Source: Mobula hypostoma
Taxonomy: Eukaryota
Reading direction: 5' to 3'
Assembly (NCBI RefSeq): GCF_963921235.1
Contig: NC_086108.1
Location: forward strand, 70,000,001 to 70,064,000
Length of the DNA stretch: 64,000 bases
Positions within the stretch are counted from its first letter, which is position 1. Every line of letters begins with the position of its first letter. Positions 38,611 through 52,100 of this stretch are shown here, piece after piece. Both the position numbers and the translations under genes were made by a program. Under the pieces are notes generated by a model. That model made no database searches. It was not told the DNA's origin and was given only the letters and a program-made list of their open reading frames with translations.

Positions 38611-40101
38611 TGTTTAGGATCAGCATTACCATCAGTCAAAATCCATTTATACCTCCACTTTATACAAGGAAAATGTATAATAGATAGACAGGGAAAATGT
38701 TACTATTTCAGGTGATACTTAAAATCATGAACCTAAATGGTCCAATAAAAACTGTTCCAGTGATATGTAGAAGTACAAATGCAAAAAGAGAATCTCAGGG
38801 TTGTCTGTGGTGACATGTAAGTGTTCTGATAATAAATTTTTACTTTGAGCTTTGAAGCTCCCAAGGAAGAAACCTAGAAACTTTAGAATAATGTTACAGA
38901 AGTGAGCAGAGAAAATAATTGAATGGCAATGGAAAGGTGTTGCTTTCTTACTTTAGTAACAGGACGTGGTGGGGGCAAAATGATTGAAAATGAAAACCAG
39001 CTCTTGGGCTCCACATTTTAAGATACAGTGAAACAGGCCATTCGAGCTGTGCCATCCAACAACCCACTGATTTAACCTTAGCCTAATCACAGGACAATGT
39101 ACAATGACCAATTAACCCATTAACCAGTACATCTTTGGACTGTGGGAGGAAACCGGAGCACCCAGAGGAAACCCATGGGTGGACAAGAAGGAAATACAAA
39201 CTTGCTTACAGTGGATGCTGGAATTGGAATGCTTATTTATTCAATAACTAATTCCTTAAATATTTATTGGAGAAAAATAGCACCAACTTGTCCACAAACA
39301 ATTTTAAAAATTCTGGAGAATTATAGACTTTTATATTAGCATCAGTAAATTTGTAGATGTAGTCACTAATTTCGTGGATGACAGAGATCTGCAGAATTGT
39401 TGATGGTGTGGAAGGTAGATTCAGACTCCAGAAAGATAATGATGCTTTGGTAAAATGGGCAGTAAAATGGGAGATGGAGATATATCCTAATAAAATTGAG
39501 GTGATGCATTTTGGGATCATTATGAAGATAGGACATACTCTTCAGTGAGGGTATTGCAAAACACAAGTCTTTAGATCTTGAAAGTGATAACACAGGTAGA
39601 CAACATGGATAAGAAGGCATATGGGACATTGTACTTCATTAACTGGGCATTGAATACAGGAGATTATGTACCAACTTTATAAAACCTTGGTCAGGCCTCA
39701 TCTGCAATATTACGTGTAGTTCTGGTCACCACACTACAGGAAGGGAGAAGATGAAGAGGACCTTCATCCAGGAGTTTGCTTGGGATAGAGCAGTTCAGCT
39801 ATGAAGAAAAACTCTGTTCTCCCTTGATCAGGAGGAGGACATGATTGAGCTACATAAAATAATATGGGGTATATATAAGGCAGACTGCAGGAAACCTTTC
39901 CAATATGAGTGTTAGATAAAACTATAATACCTAGGTAACACACACAGCTGTAATACATATGTGGGTTTAAAGTAATGAGGAAGAAATTCAGAGGGGATAT
40001 TAGTGGTAGCAAGTGCCCAGAATGCACTGCCCAAGAAGGTGATTGAAGCTGGATCGTTCAGTTGGATCCTTATTCTTTTTAAGAATGAGCAAAATGGAAG
40101 C

Positions 40102-41310
40102 CTCATAAAAACTGAGGGAGTCTGCCCAACTTAAATAAATCCAGAAAAAAACTGAACATAAGTGAGGTATAAGCTATTTCTGTTAATAAATTCTCTATTA
40201 TTTCTCTTCTTAGATCCTCACTTCCTTTGTCTTTGAGTAAGTTAACTGATAATCTAGTAATTAAACACACTATGAGGATTTGGATACAATTCCAAAAATA
40301 TTTTGAGATTATTGAGATTTTCTCTTTCAAGTCCCATTTTTTCTAATTATTTTTTTAAACCCTCTATGATTGATGAGGCTTTTAAAAAATGGGATAGATT
40401 GGGTATTAAATGCTTTCAGGACTTGTTTGTAGAGGGAAGTCTTTTTTCGTTTGAACAATTGTCAACTAAATATAGTTTACCCAAAACTTTTTTTTTCGAT
40501 ATCTACAAATAAAAGATTTTTCATGGTCTCAAATAAATACATTTCCTAAAAGTCCTGATAAGAATCTACTAGATGTAATCTTTAATCTGAAACCTTTTTA
40601 TAATGGATCTATATCTAATATTTATAATATGCTGTTGGGAATGAGAAGTGTTCCTTTAGATAAAATTAAAAATCTTTGGGAACAAGATTTACAGACTTCA
40701 ATTTCTGAGGAAACTTGGTTAATTTTTTAATCGTTATGTGCCCGTCACTCTCTCCTTCAATTTAAAGTGGTCCATAGGGCCCATATGACTCAGGATAAGT
40801 TGTCTCGTTTTTATTTAGATATATCTCCTTATTGTGATAAATGTAATAATGAAGAAGCTTCACTCATTCATATGTTTTGGACATGTCCAAATCTTGGAAA
40901 ATATTGGAAAGAAGTATATCAAACCTTTTTGATACTTTTTAAAGTACATTTCAAGCCTAATCCTTCGACTGCTTTATTTGGTATTATTGGAGGAAAGGAT
41001 ATTATTTTGGACCCATCTGATTTGCACATTTTGGCTTTTATCTCTCTTATGGCCAGAAGGACGCTTTTGCTTAAATGGAAAGATGTGGCCCCTCCTATTC
41101 ACGCCCAATGTCATGTCTTGTTTAAGTTTAGAAAAGATTCAATGTTCAATCTTTGAATCTAATCAAGACTTTCAAACACTGTAGGGACCCTTTCTGAATT
41201 ATTTTCAAAACCTTTGATTTGCTGTTAAAGCACAGATGATGACAAACAATCTTTTTTCTTTTTTTCTATGAATCAGCTTCAGACTTGGTAGTGGGTTAGG
41301 TTTTTTTATA
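40102..41310 (+). mobile_element. L1/Tx1 LINE ORF2 3' fragment
   Basis: CDKCNNEEASLIHMFWTC zinc knuckle in ORF 40767-41156. Confidence 0.8.
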
Positions 41311-41359
41311 TAAAAGAATCATTGTTTTTCAAAGTTACGAACTAAGTGAACTAATTGAT

Positions 41360-41570
41360 TTGTACGGATATAGGGTAAGGAGTCTCAGCAGTTTCGTATT
41401 TTTTGTTGACTGCTTAATTTCACTTAAATCCACCTAATATTGCTAGTTTTAGTTTCATAAGCTTCATAGCTTCAAGTTTGTATGTTTTGCTAGTTGCTAA
41501 TAAAGGATCAAATGCATTAGTTTGACGTTTTTGAACATTATTATTGGATAGAGCAGAGGACATGTCATAC
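41360..41570 (+). repeat. BEL/Pao-type LTR fragment
   Basis: Clearly homologous to 48930-49141; both end aacattattattggat.gagcag.gg.catgtcataca. Confidence 0.6.
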
Positions 41571-41869
41571 AATCTAAGGATGTGTTGGCAAAATTAGAAT
41601 CACCACAACCATGAGCAGCGTGTAGCAAGTAATGACCCTTTGTTGATTCATGCTGTGTGTTTGAGATTGGAACACAGTTTGGAGTGGTCATCGCTGACCA
41701 TAAGCTCTATAGTCTGGTGTCTGTCTAAGAGTTCAATGCCTGGTTCTGTTGAAGTGCTGAAATATTTGAATTACCTACATCTGAACAGAATGTCTTTACT
41801 TTGTGTGGTTTGCGCAATTGGAAGGCAACATGAGTCAAACTGGAAGCAGTGACCTTGAAGACGGAACTA

Positions 41870-44013
41870 AAACTGGAAGCATAAATTGGGAACAGATGTT
41901 CTCAGGGAAATGTATGGAAGAAATGTGGCAAATGTTCAGGGGATATTTACGTGGAGTTCTGCATAGGTACATTCCAATGAGACAGGGAAAAGATGGTAGG
42001 GTTCAGGAACTGTGGTGTACAAAGGCTATTGTAAATCTAGTCAAGAAGAAAAAAGGAGTTTATGAAAGGTTCAAAAAACTAGGTAATGATAGAGATCTAG
42101 AAGCATATAAGGCTAGCAGGAAGGAGCTTAAGAATCAAATTAGAAGAGCCAGAAGGGGACATGAAAAGGCCTTAGCGGACAGGATTCGGGAAAACCCCAA
42201 GGCATTCTACAAGTATGTGAAGAACTAGAGGATAAGACATGAGAGAATAGGACCAATCAAGTGTGACAGTGGAAAAGTGTGTATGGAACCGGAGGAGATA
42301 GCAGAGGTAGTTAATGAATACTTTGCTTCAGTATTCACTATGGAAAAGGATCTTGGTGGTTGTAGGGATGACTTACAGCGGACTGAAAAGCTTGAGCATG
42401 TAGATATTAAGAAAGAGGATGTGTTGGAGCTTTTGGAATGCACCAAGTTGGATAAGTCACCAGGACAAGATGAGATGTACCCCAGGATACTGTGGGAGGT
42501 GAAGGAGGAGATTGCTGAGCCTTTGGCGATGATCTTTGCATCATCAATGGGGACAGGAGAGGTTCCGGAGGATTGGAGGGTTGCAGATGTTGTTCCATTA
42601 TTCGAGAAAGGGAGTAGAGATAGCCCGGGAAATTATAGACCAGTGAGTCTTATTTCAGTGGTTGGTAATTTGATGGAGAAGATCCTGAAAGGCAGGATTT
42701 ATGAACATTTGGAGAGGCATAATATGATTAGGAATAGTCAGCGTGGCTTTGTGAAAGGCAGATCGTGCCTTACGAGCTTGATTGAATTTTTTGAGGATGT
42801 GACTAAACACATTGATGATGGTACAGCAGTAGATGTAGTGTATATGGATTTCAGCAAAGGCATTTGACAAGGTACCCCATGCAAGGCTTATTGAGAAAGT
42901 AAGGAGGCATGGGATCCAAGGAGACATTGCTTTGTGGATCCAGAACTGGCTTGCCCACAGAAGGCAAAGAGTGGCTGTAGACGGGTCATGTTCTGCATGG
43001 AGGTTGATGACCACTGGTGTCCCTCAGGGATTTGTTCTGGGACCCCTACTTTTCGTGATTTTTATCAATGATCTGGATGAGGAAGTGGAGGGATGGGTTA
43101 ATAAATTTGCTGATGACACAAAGTTTGGGGGTGTGGATAGTGTGGAGGGCTGTCAGAAGTTACAGCGGGACATCAATAGGATGCAAAACTGGGCTGAGAA
43201 GTGGCAGATGGAGTTCAACCCAGATATGCATGAGGTGGTTCATTTTGGTAGATCAAATATGATGGCAGAATATAGTATTAATGGTAAGACTCTTGGCAGT
43301 GTGGAGGATCAGAGGGATCTTGGGGTCCGAGTCCATAGGACACTCAAAGCAGCTGTGCAGGTTGACTCTGTGGTTAAGAAAGCATAGGGTGCATTGGCCT
43401 TCATCAATCATGGAATTGAGTTTAGGAGCCGAGAGATAATATTGCAGCTATATAGGACCCTGGTCACACCCCACTTGGAGTACTGTGCTCAGTTCTGATT
43501 ACCTCACTACAGGAAGGATGTGGAAACCATAGAAAGGGTGCAGAGGAGATTTGCAAAGATGTTGCCTGGATTGGGGAGCATGCCGTATGAGAATAGGTTG
43601 AGTGAACTCAGCCTTTTTTCCTTGGAGCAATGGAGGATGAGAGGTGACCTGATAGAGGTGTATAAGATGATGAGAGGCATTGATCGTGTGGATAGTCAGA
43701 GGCTTTTTCCCAGGGCTGAAATGGCTAGCATGAGAGGGCACAGTTTTAAGGTGCTTGGAAGTAGGTACAGAGGAGATGTCAGGGATAAGTTTTTTTTACA
43801 CAGAGAGTGGTGTGTGTGTGGAATGGGCTGCCAGCAATGGTGGTGGAGGCGGATACGATAGGTCTTTTAAGAGACTCCTGGACAGGTGTATGGAACTCAG
43901 AAAAATAGAGGGCTATGGGTAACCCGAGGTAATTTCTCAGGTAAGGACCTGTTCAGTGCAGCTTTGTGGGCCGAAGGGCCTGTGTTGTGCTGTAGGTTTT
44001 CTATGTTTCTATG
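41870..44013 (+). mobile_element. CR1 LINE ORF2 RT, few disruptions
   Basis: ENPKAFYKYVK, PGNYRPVSL, VYMDFSK, GVPQGFVLGPLLF, KFADDTK. Tail ctatgtttctatg. Confidence 0.92.
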
Positions 44014-44084
44014 ATCATTTTCAGGCTGATGTGCACCCTGAAGACAGGGTGACTAATGTGCCTCCAAGTACCGTGGTATCTCAT

Positions 44085-47000
44085 TCTGAATAATCGACTC
44101 CCAACATCTTCCCAACCATTGAGGTCAAACTAACTGGCCTATAGTTTCCTTTCTTCAGCCTCAATCCTATTTTTTATTACTAATTTTTTATTGCAGCACC
44201 AACAAATTACATTCAATACAACCAATTGTCAATTACATTTTGACTGTTTAACCCAGCCACCCCCCAACCTTCATCACCATCCCCCCTCCACCCCTCTCCC
44301 CCACCCATCACTCTTCCCTCCAGCAACCAACTGAATAGTAGTGCATACGCAGACAAAGTATTCCTATTTTAACAAAAGATCTTTTAAGTTAGATATCAAA
44401 TTTATCCACATTAAGATTGTGTTTGGTCATGCATCATTTACTCTTGCTGATGAAAGTTCCAGGTAAGAAATGTCCAAAAATCTCTGAAGCCAGTGAGTAT
44501 TTGAAATATCACGGGGAAGTTTCCAATGCTAGACTACAATCTTCTTAGCTGCAGTCAGGCCTGCCAGCCAGATTTTGCGTGGTTTTTTCCGTAAGGGAAA
44601 GGTGGGTGTCATCATTTAGAAGATGTACAGCGGGAACCATTGGTAATTGTACCCCCGTTAGTTCTGTAAGAGTACTGATAACCTTCCCCCACAAATCAAA
44701 AACCCCTGGACATTCCCATACAACATGTATAAAAGAACCAACGGTTCTATGGGGGCAAAATGAGCAATAAGGGTCAGGAACCAGTCCCATTTGATGTCTA
44801 ATTCTCGGTGTTAAATATGCTCTATGACAAAATTTCAAGTGTATACACCGATGATTTGGGTTTTTCGAAGCACTAGCAGCTTTATCCCAAATCGCATCCC
44901 AGTCTAAAGTCTTGTCCCAATTCAGATATGTCCCTATCCCAGGCTTTCATTCCCGATGTGGGCATATATTTCTGAAAGTTTAATTTATCATAGATATATG
45001 ACACTATCTGTCCTGGAGCACTCTGTATCCACTTAAAATGGGATGGTCCTTTAAATCTGACCCCCAGGGAATGCCATAGGCTTTACAAGCTGATCTTACT
45101 CTAAAGTAGAAGAAAAGAGAGAGTTTATCAATATTATATGGAGATATCAGTTCTTGAAAGCTAAGGATAGTACTTGCCCCATTAATACCCTGAAGAGTAG
45201 TAATACCTTTATCCTCCCAAGTTCTGTTAGTGAATGGTTTCCCCCCCGATAGAAAATGATTATTGTTCCATATTGGAGATGATTTGCACCATACACTTTT
45301 AAATTTTAGGAATTTTTCTGCTGCTCTAAACACTTGTAGCATATGGGTTAAAATTGGACTGTAATACAAATCACATTTTTTGGTAGACATACCTATAAGG
45401 AGAAAGTCCTTCAACCTTATTGGTGCTATTAGCTCTTGATCTATATTTTCCATGATGAAACTTTATCCTCCTCCATCCAATAGCTAAGACTTTTTAATAC
45501 AAATGCCCAGTAATAATTATAACTGGTGTGAAGTTTCCTTTCTTCAGCCTCAATCCTTTCTTGAAGAGTGGAGTGACATTTCCATTTTCCATTCTTCTGG
45601 AACCATTCCAGAATCTAGTGATTCTTGAAAGATCATTGATACTGCCTCCACAATCTCTTCAGCCACCTCCTTCAGAACTGTGGGGTGTACACCATCTGAT
45701 TCAGGTGACTATCTACCTTCAGACTTTTCAGTTTCCCAAGAACCTTCTATGATAACTTTACACACTTATTGACCCCTGACACCTGGAACTTACACTATAC
45801 TGTCAGTCACTTCCACCATGAAGGCTGATGCAAAATACTTATTCAGCTCATCCACCATTTCATTGATCCCCATTATTACCTCTCCAACATCATTTTCCAA
45901 TCCGATATCTACTCTTGCCTATCTTTTATGCTTATATATTTGAAGAAACTTTTGGTATCCCCATGAATATTATTGGCTAGCTTCCTTTCATATTACATCT
46001 TTACTTTCTTAATGACTGTTTTAGTTGCCTTCTGTTGGTTTTCAAAAGCTTCCCAATTCTCTGACTTCTTACTAATTTTTGGTCTATTATATGGCCTCTC
46101 TTTGACTTTTATGTCGACTTTGACCTCTTTTTAGTCACAGTTGTGTCATCTTTCCTTTAGAATACTTCTTCCTCTTTGGGGGGTATATATTCCGTGCCTT
46201 CCTCATTGCTTCCAGAAATTCCAGCCATTGCTGCTCTGCTGTCATCCCTGCCAGTATTCTTTTCCAATCAATTCTGACCAACTCCTCTCTCATGCCTGTC
46301 ATTTCCTTTACTCCACATAATACTGATGCATCTGACTTGAACTTCTCTTCCTCAAATTTCAGGGTGAATTATATCACATTATGATCATTTACCCCTAAAG
46401 AACCCGAAAAAAATTCTGGTTCATTGCACAACACCCAATCCAGAATAGCTGATCCTTTAGTGGGCTCAAACACAAGCTGCTCTAAAAAGCCATTTCATAG
46501 GCATTCTAGAAATTACCCCACTTGGAATCCAGCATCAACCTAATTTTCCTAATCTACCTGCATATTAAAGTCCCTGATGACCATTGTGACGTTATTCCTT
46601 TGGCATGCATTTTCCATCTTCCATTGTAATTTGTAGGTCACATCCTTACTACTGTTTGGAGTCTGTATCCAACTCCCATCAGGTTCTTTTTACCCTTGCA
46701 GTTCCTTAGCTCTATCGACAAAGATTCAAAACCTTCCAACCCTATGTCACCTCTTTCTAGTGATCTTTTTTAATTTTTTACCAACAGAGCAACACTGCCC
46801 TATCTGCCTTCCTGCCTGTCCTTTCGATACAGTGTGTATCCTTGAACATTAAGCTCCCAGTTATAATCTTCTTTCAGCCATGATTCAGCGATGCCTACAA
46901 CATCATACTTGCCCATCTGCAACTGTGCTGCAAGTTCATCTACCTTATTCCATATACTGCACGCATCCAAATACAACACCTTCAGTCCTGTATTCACCCT

Positions 47001-47900
47001 TTTTGATTTTGTCCACCTTTCATGTTGCAACTAATCCTGTTGACTGCAATTTTGCCCTATCACCAGCCTCTCCTCACTATATATCACCTCTGTTTGTAAA
47101 TCAGCTACCTTGTCTTCAGCACTATTATCCGCCTTTCCTACGATACTTCTTGCATTGAAATATATGCAGCTCAGGACACTAGTTGCACCATGCTCAACAT
47201 TTTTATTTCTAACTTTGTCTGAGGTCTTACCAACATCTGCATCCACAGCTTCTCCACTAACTGCTCTGGCACTCTGGTTCCCATCCCCCTGCAACTCTAA
47301 TTTAAACTCCACCGTGCAGCATTACAAACCTTCCCATGAGGATATTAGTCCCCCTCCAGTTCAGGTGCAAGCCATCTCTTCTGTACAGGTCCCACATTCC
47401 CTGGAAGGGAGCCCAATGATCCAAAAATCTTATGCTCTCTTTCCTACACCAACTCCTTAGCCACATATTAAACTGTATAACCTAACAAGTTCTGGCATTA
47501 TTAGCAAATGGCACAGGTAGCAATCCTGAGATCGCAACCCTGGAGATCCTGCCTTTTAACTTAGCACCTAACTCCTTGAACTTCCTATTCTGCATAGGAA
47601 ATTCAGGGAGTTAGGTGCTAAGTTAACCTCATCACTCACCACTCACCCTATCCATGTCATTGGTACCTATATGGACCACGACTGGCTGTTCACCCTCCCT
47701 CTTAGGGATTCTGTGAACTAGATCTGAGATATCCCGGACCCTAGCATCCAGGAGTCAACATACCATCCGAAAATCTCATTCTCGCCCACAGAACCTTCTG
47801 TCCATTCCCCTAACTAACGAATCCCTTATCACCACAGCATTCCCCCTTTCCTTTCTGAGTTGCAGACTCAGTGCCAGAGACTTGCCCAATGCGCTTTCCT
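44085..47900 (-). mobile_element. CR1 LINE 5' half (ORF1 SGNH esterase and ORF2 endonuclease), interrupted by an L1
   Basis: RVRDISD...PVVVHIGTND at about 47650-47760; LKVLYLDACSIWNK..YDVVGIAESWL at 46800-47030. Confidence 0.85.
44169..45531 (-). mobile_element. L1/Tx1 LINE 3' fragment
   Basis: SPIWNN, CSFCPHRTVGSFIHVVWEC and an A-rich tail. 26-bp TSD agtttcctttcttcagcctcaatcct at 44143-44168 and 45532-45557. Confidence 0.88.
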
Positions 47901-47999
47901 CTGTTAAGTCATCTCCGTGCCCCCCCGCCACTCCCCTGACAGTATCTGAGGATTCAAAACAAGTTGTGAAAGAATACTCTGGTATCCAATGGCCTTAGA

Positions 48000-49141
48000 G
48001 GGGGGATGGTGATCATGACTGTAAACTTCCTGTAATTCCAGTTCAGGTGAAGTCTGAACAAGTTAGTGGTTACTTATGTTTTCCTTGATCAAGGAAGTAC
48101 AGCAGTGTTCTAAATAGTGAGCTTCATGAACAAGCTGAACTTAACAGGAAAAAGAACACGCATTCTCTTATGCACTGTGGGTCAAGAGAAAGTTGTGAGT
48201 AGCTATGTTGTTTCAGAATTGGAAATGGCTGGCTTAGATAGCGAAAACTATTGCAAACTGCCTAACATCTATACATAGGAAAGTATGCCTGTCCAAAGAG
48301 GGAACATTCCTTGCCAGAAGGAGCTTCAGCAATGGTCTCACTTGAAGCATATTCATCTGCCTGAAATTGATTCAGAGACTGAGCTGCGAATAGGGATGAA
48401 TGTGCCTGAAGCCTTGGAGCGATTGCAAGTGATTTGTAGTGTTAATGATGGACGTTATGCAATCAGAACAATGTTGGGCTGAACTACTAATAAATCATTG
48501 AAAGGAGACCAGGATGGTGGAAGAGACAATGCTCAGTCAGAGCTGACATTGAACAGGATTTCAGTTTTGAACTTGGATGAGCTTTAGCAGCAGCAATTCA
48601 AGACACATTCTCCTGAAAGTGGTCAGGAGGAACAACCTGGTTTGTCAAGAGAAGATCACAATGCAGGATAGACCACTTACCAAAGAGGATATTTGTGTGA
48701 ATGTCAAGAAGCATACCTCCTGTGTTTTGAGATAATATAGTTGCAATTACTATAGGGGGCTAGGATGTAGGAGCCATACATCTTTTTTCTCTCTGCATTG
48801 TATTCTGTGTTGCGCATTTATTACAGTAACTAGTTATATGGGTGGGGGTGTGGTGAAAGTGAAGGGTTTAGTTATGTATTCGTGCTTTGTCCTCAGCAGT
48901 TTGGAACTGGGGACCTCCGGGGATCATATCTTTTGTTGACCACTTAACTTCACTTAATTACATTTGAAATTGTTTAACTCCACTTAACTTTGCTCAAGTA
49001 CATTTAATATCATTAGTTTTAGCTTCATAAGTTTCATCACTTCAAGACTGTGTGTTTTGCTAGTTAATAATAAAAGATCTAATATAATTTTTTGACTTTT
49101 TGGAACATTATTATTGGATGGAGCAGGGGGCATGTCATACA
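48000..49141 (+). mobile_element. BEL/Pao LTR retrotransposon remnant: protease region and 3' LTR (48766-49141)
   Basis: LPVIPVQVK..FLDQGS..HLKHIHLPEIDSETELRIGMNVPEAL..YAIRTMLG. Purine tract followed by TGT...ACA. Confidence 0.75.
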
Positions 49142-49199
49142 AGGTAACTCCCCGTGTGGTCACCAGCAGCGGCATTAGTTTGTTTGAGTTGCCGCTGCA

Positions 49200-52100
49200 G
49201 GAACAATTCAATATAACAGCAGAAAAGAAGTTTTCCTTGAGCCTGGTGGTACGTGATTTTAGGCTTTTGCATCTTCTGCTTGATGGGAGGGGGGGCGAAG
49301 AGAGGAAGTCTAGTCTGGATAGAGTCTTTGATTATGCTGTCTGCTTTACCAAGTAGTGAAAAAGTATAGAGGGTAGCTGGTTACTGTGAAGTGCTGAGTT
49401 AATATTCACAACTTTCTGCAAGTTATTTCAGTCATGGGTAGAGAAGTTGCCATGATACATCCAGATAGGATGCTTCCTATGGTGCATCAACACAAAATTG
49501 GTGAGGGTAAAAGGGAACATCTGAAATTTCTTTAGCCTCCTCAGGAAGCAGAGATGATGGTGAGCATTTCTAGCCATGGCATTTATATGGTTGGCCCAGG
49601 ACAGGCTATTGGCCATGTTCACTCCGAGGAACCTGAAGCTCTCAACCTTCTCATACTCAGCACCATCATTGATGTTAGCAGAAACAAAACATGCTGCTCC
49701 TTTCCTCAGTTCAATGACCAGCTCTTTTTGTTGACATCAAGGGAAAGGTTGTTGTCATCACACCATGTTGCTAAGCTCTCTATCTCCCTGCTGTACTCCA
49801 ACTCATCATTATTTGAAATATGCCTCACTACAGTGATAACTGTAACAGAGTTAACTAAAGTCTGCTAACTAAAACAGAGACTGATCAATTTCTGGACATC
49901 AAGGAAAGGAAGGGATATGGTGCTAGAGCAGGTAAATGGTTGGGCAGGTGATGCAGAATTGGGCAGATAGGTTACCCCTTTTCCTTATTCTCATGTTCTC
50001 AGTACTCTCACACAGCACCAGTATGAATGGCAAAATGCATCCTTGAGCATTGTGGGCTTCAGCTTTGTGAGGTCTGGGTCATAAATACCATGGTTTAGTA
50101 GTGAGAGGGGAACATTTTGCCATCTCTCATGCTTAGGTAGGCTTATGTACCACCAGGAGTGGGTAGACTCGCACAGGACAAATGCATTAAATAATTCTTT
50201 AGCTTGTCTAACATTCAAGAGGCATTCAAAGGGCTTGTTCAGTTACTTTTCAGGCAGATCGAAGTGCACGATCTAATTAAGCTGGGTTGTGAGGAGAATG
50301 GAGAGGCTTCAAGTGGATGAAGAACTATCAAATGAATGGATGTAGACATGACTATTGGGTGTGATGCACATGAGTCCTATGAAGTTAGCATGCAGTTCAA
50401 AAGATAATTAGCAAGGCAATAATTGCTCCTTGCATTTAAATCTTAGAGACAGAATTATTAATAATGTTTAACAGTACAGCAATTATTGTCAGATTCTTTT
50501 CAGAACAAAGACAAAACAGCAAGTGTTAACCATAAAGTAAACAATGGGAAATTTGTCTATTGCCTCCATTTTTAGAAGAATTTTGTTTTGAAGTGGCTGC
50601 TCAACATGTCATTTAACTTCCAGGATGGAAGTAAGAATATGATGAGAATGTGATCACTTTATGTAACTAATCCCTTGATATTGAGCAAAAATTGTATGTT
50701 ACAGTGCTGGTCAAGGGAAATAGATCAGCTTCTATGTGAATGCTTCAAGTTGGTGGATTGGCCAATATTCAAGGACTCAACAACCAATCTATATGATGCC
50801 ACCTCAGTCACAGACTTCATCAGCAAGTGTATAGGGGACTGTGTACCAACCAGAAACCATGGAAACCAAGAGAAGCACTCCCTGCGGAAGTCCAGGTGTG
50901 AAGAATTCAAACCAGGTAACCCTGAACTATATAGGAAATTTAGGTATGACATTCATAAAGCTATCAGGGATGCCAGGAAACAATACCAGATAACAATTGA
51001 GTTCTGGACCAGGCATTAGTTACAGCAAGGGGTGCATGCGATGAGGGTACAAAACAAAGGCAGTATTCCTGGCACAATGCAGCCCCCCCCCCCCCCACAA
51101 ATGGACAGAAGTTACTCTCTGCAGAATGTCAATGAAATAGCACTACCCATTTAAACAGCTTCCAGAGCACCTGTACCAAGGGTCACCATTGTAGATGTTA
51201 AATCAGACTTCCTGACAGTGGACTTGCAGAAAGAAACCGGCCCATTTGGAGTCCTTGCCTATTAGCCATTGGGAATGCATGCAGGCATCTTTAACCTTTA
51301 CTCCTGTCCGAAGTTCCCATCTGCTTTCAGAAGAGCACTATCTGCCCAATGTCAAAGGAAAAATAAGGTAACAAGTGTTAATGATCACTGTCCAGTGCCT
51401 TGCCCAGTGCTTCAGAATCAGGTCCAGGTTGACTAACGCTGACATATGTCATGAAATCTGTTGTTTTGCAGCAGTTGTACAATCTTCTGCAACTTTTACC
51501 AACCCTGTCCGTTGGTGCCTCCATACCAGATGCTGGTGCAATAAATAAAAATTACCAGAAGGATATATATAAAATAAACATAGTGCAAAAAGAGAGCAAA
51601 CTGGGCTGTTCAGAAACCTGATGGCAGATGGGCCGAAGCTGTTCCTGAGTGTGCACCTTTATGTTGCTGCACCTTCTCTCTCTTGGTAATAATCAGAAGG
51701 GGGCATATAGAGGATAGTGAGAGCCCTTTGGGATGGATGCCAGCTTTGTGAGGCATTATCTTTTGAAGATGTCCTCAGATGGGATGGCTAGCACCTATGA
51801 TGCAGCTTATTATGTTTTGTCACTCCAAAACATTAAACTAATTAAAAGAAAGACATGAGAGCCTGAAATGTGAGTCTAACTTTGGTTTTTACTTTAAACG
51901 AGGAGCACATACATCGTGTGGTGGCATCATAGCATGTGCAGTTCATGTATTTTTATATATAACCATAATGAGTTATATAAACAACAAAGAATGCTTAATC
52001 AATGTAGTTACAAGATTACTCAAATATTACTGAAATATTAAATATACAACAGAGTTGATTACAGCTTTTTCCAATCCTGTGCATTGATGCCCTCATACTT

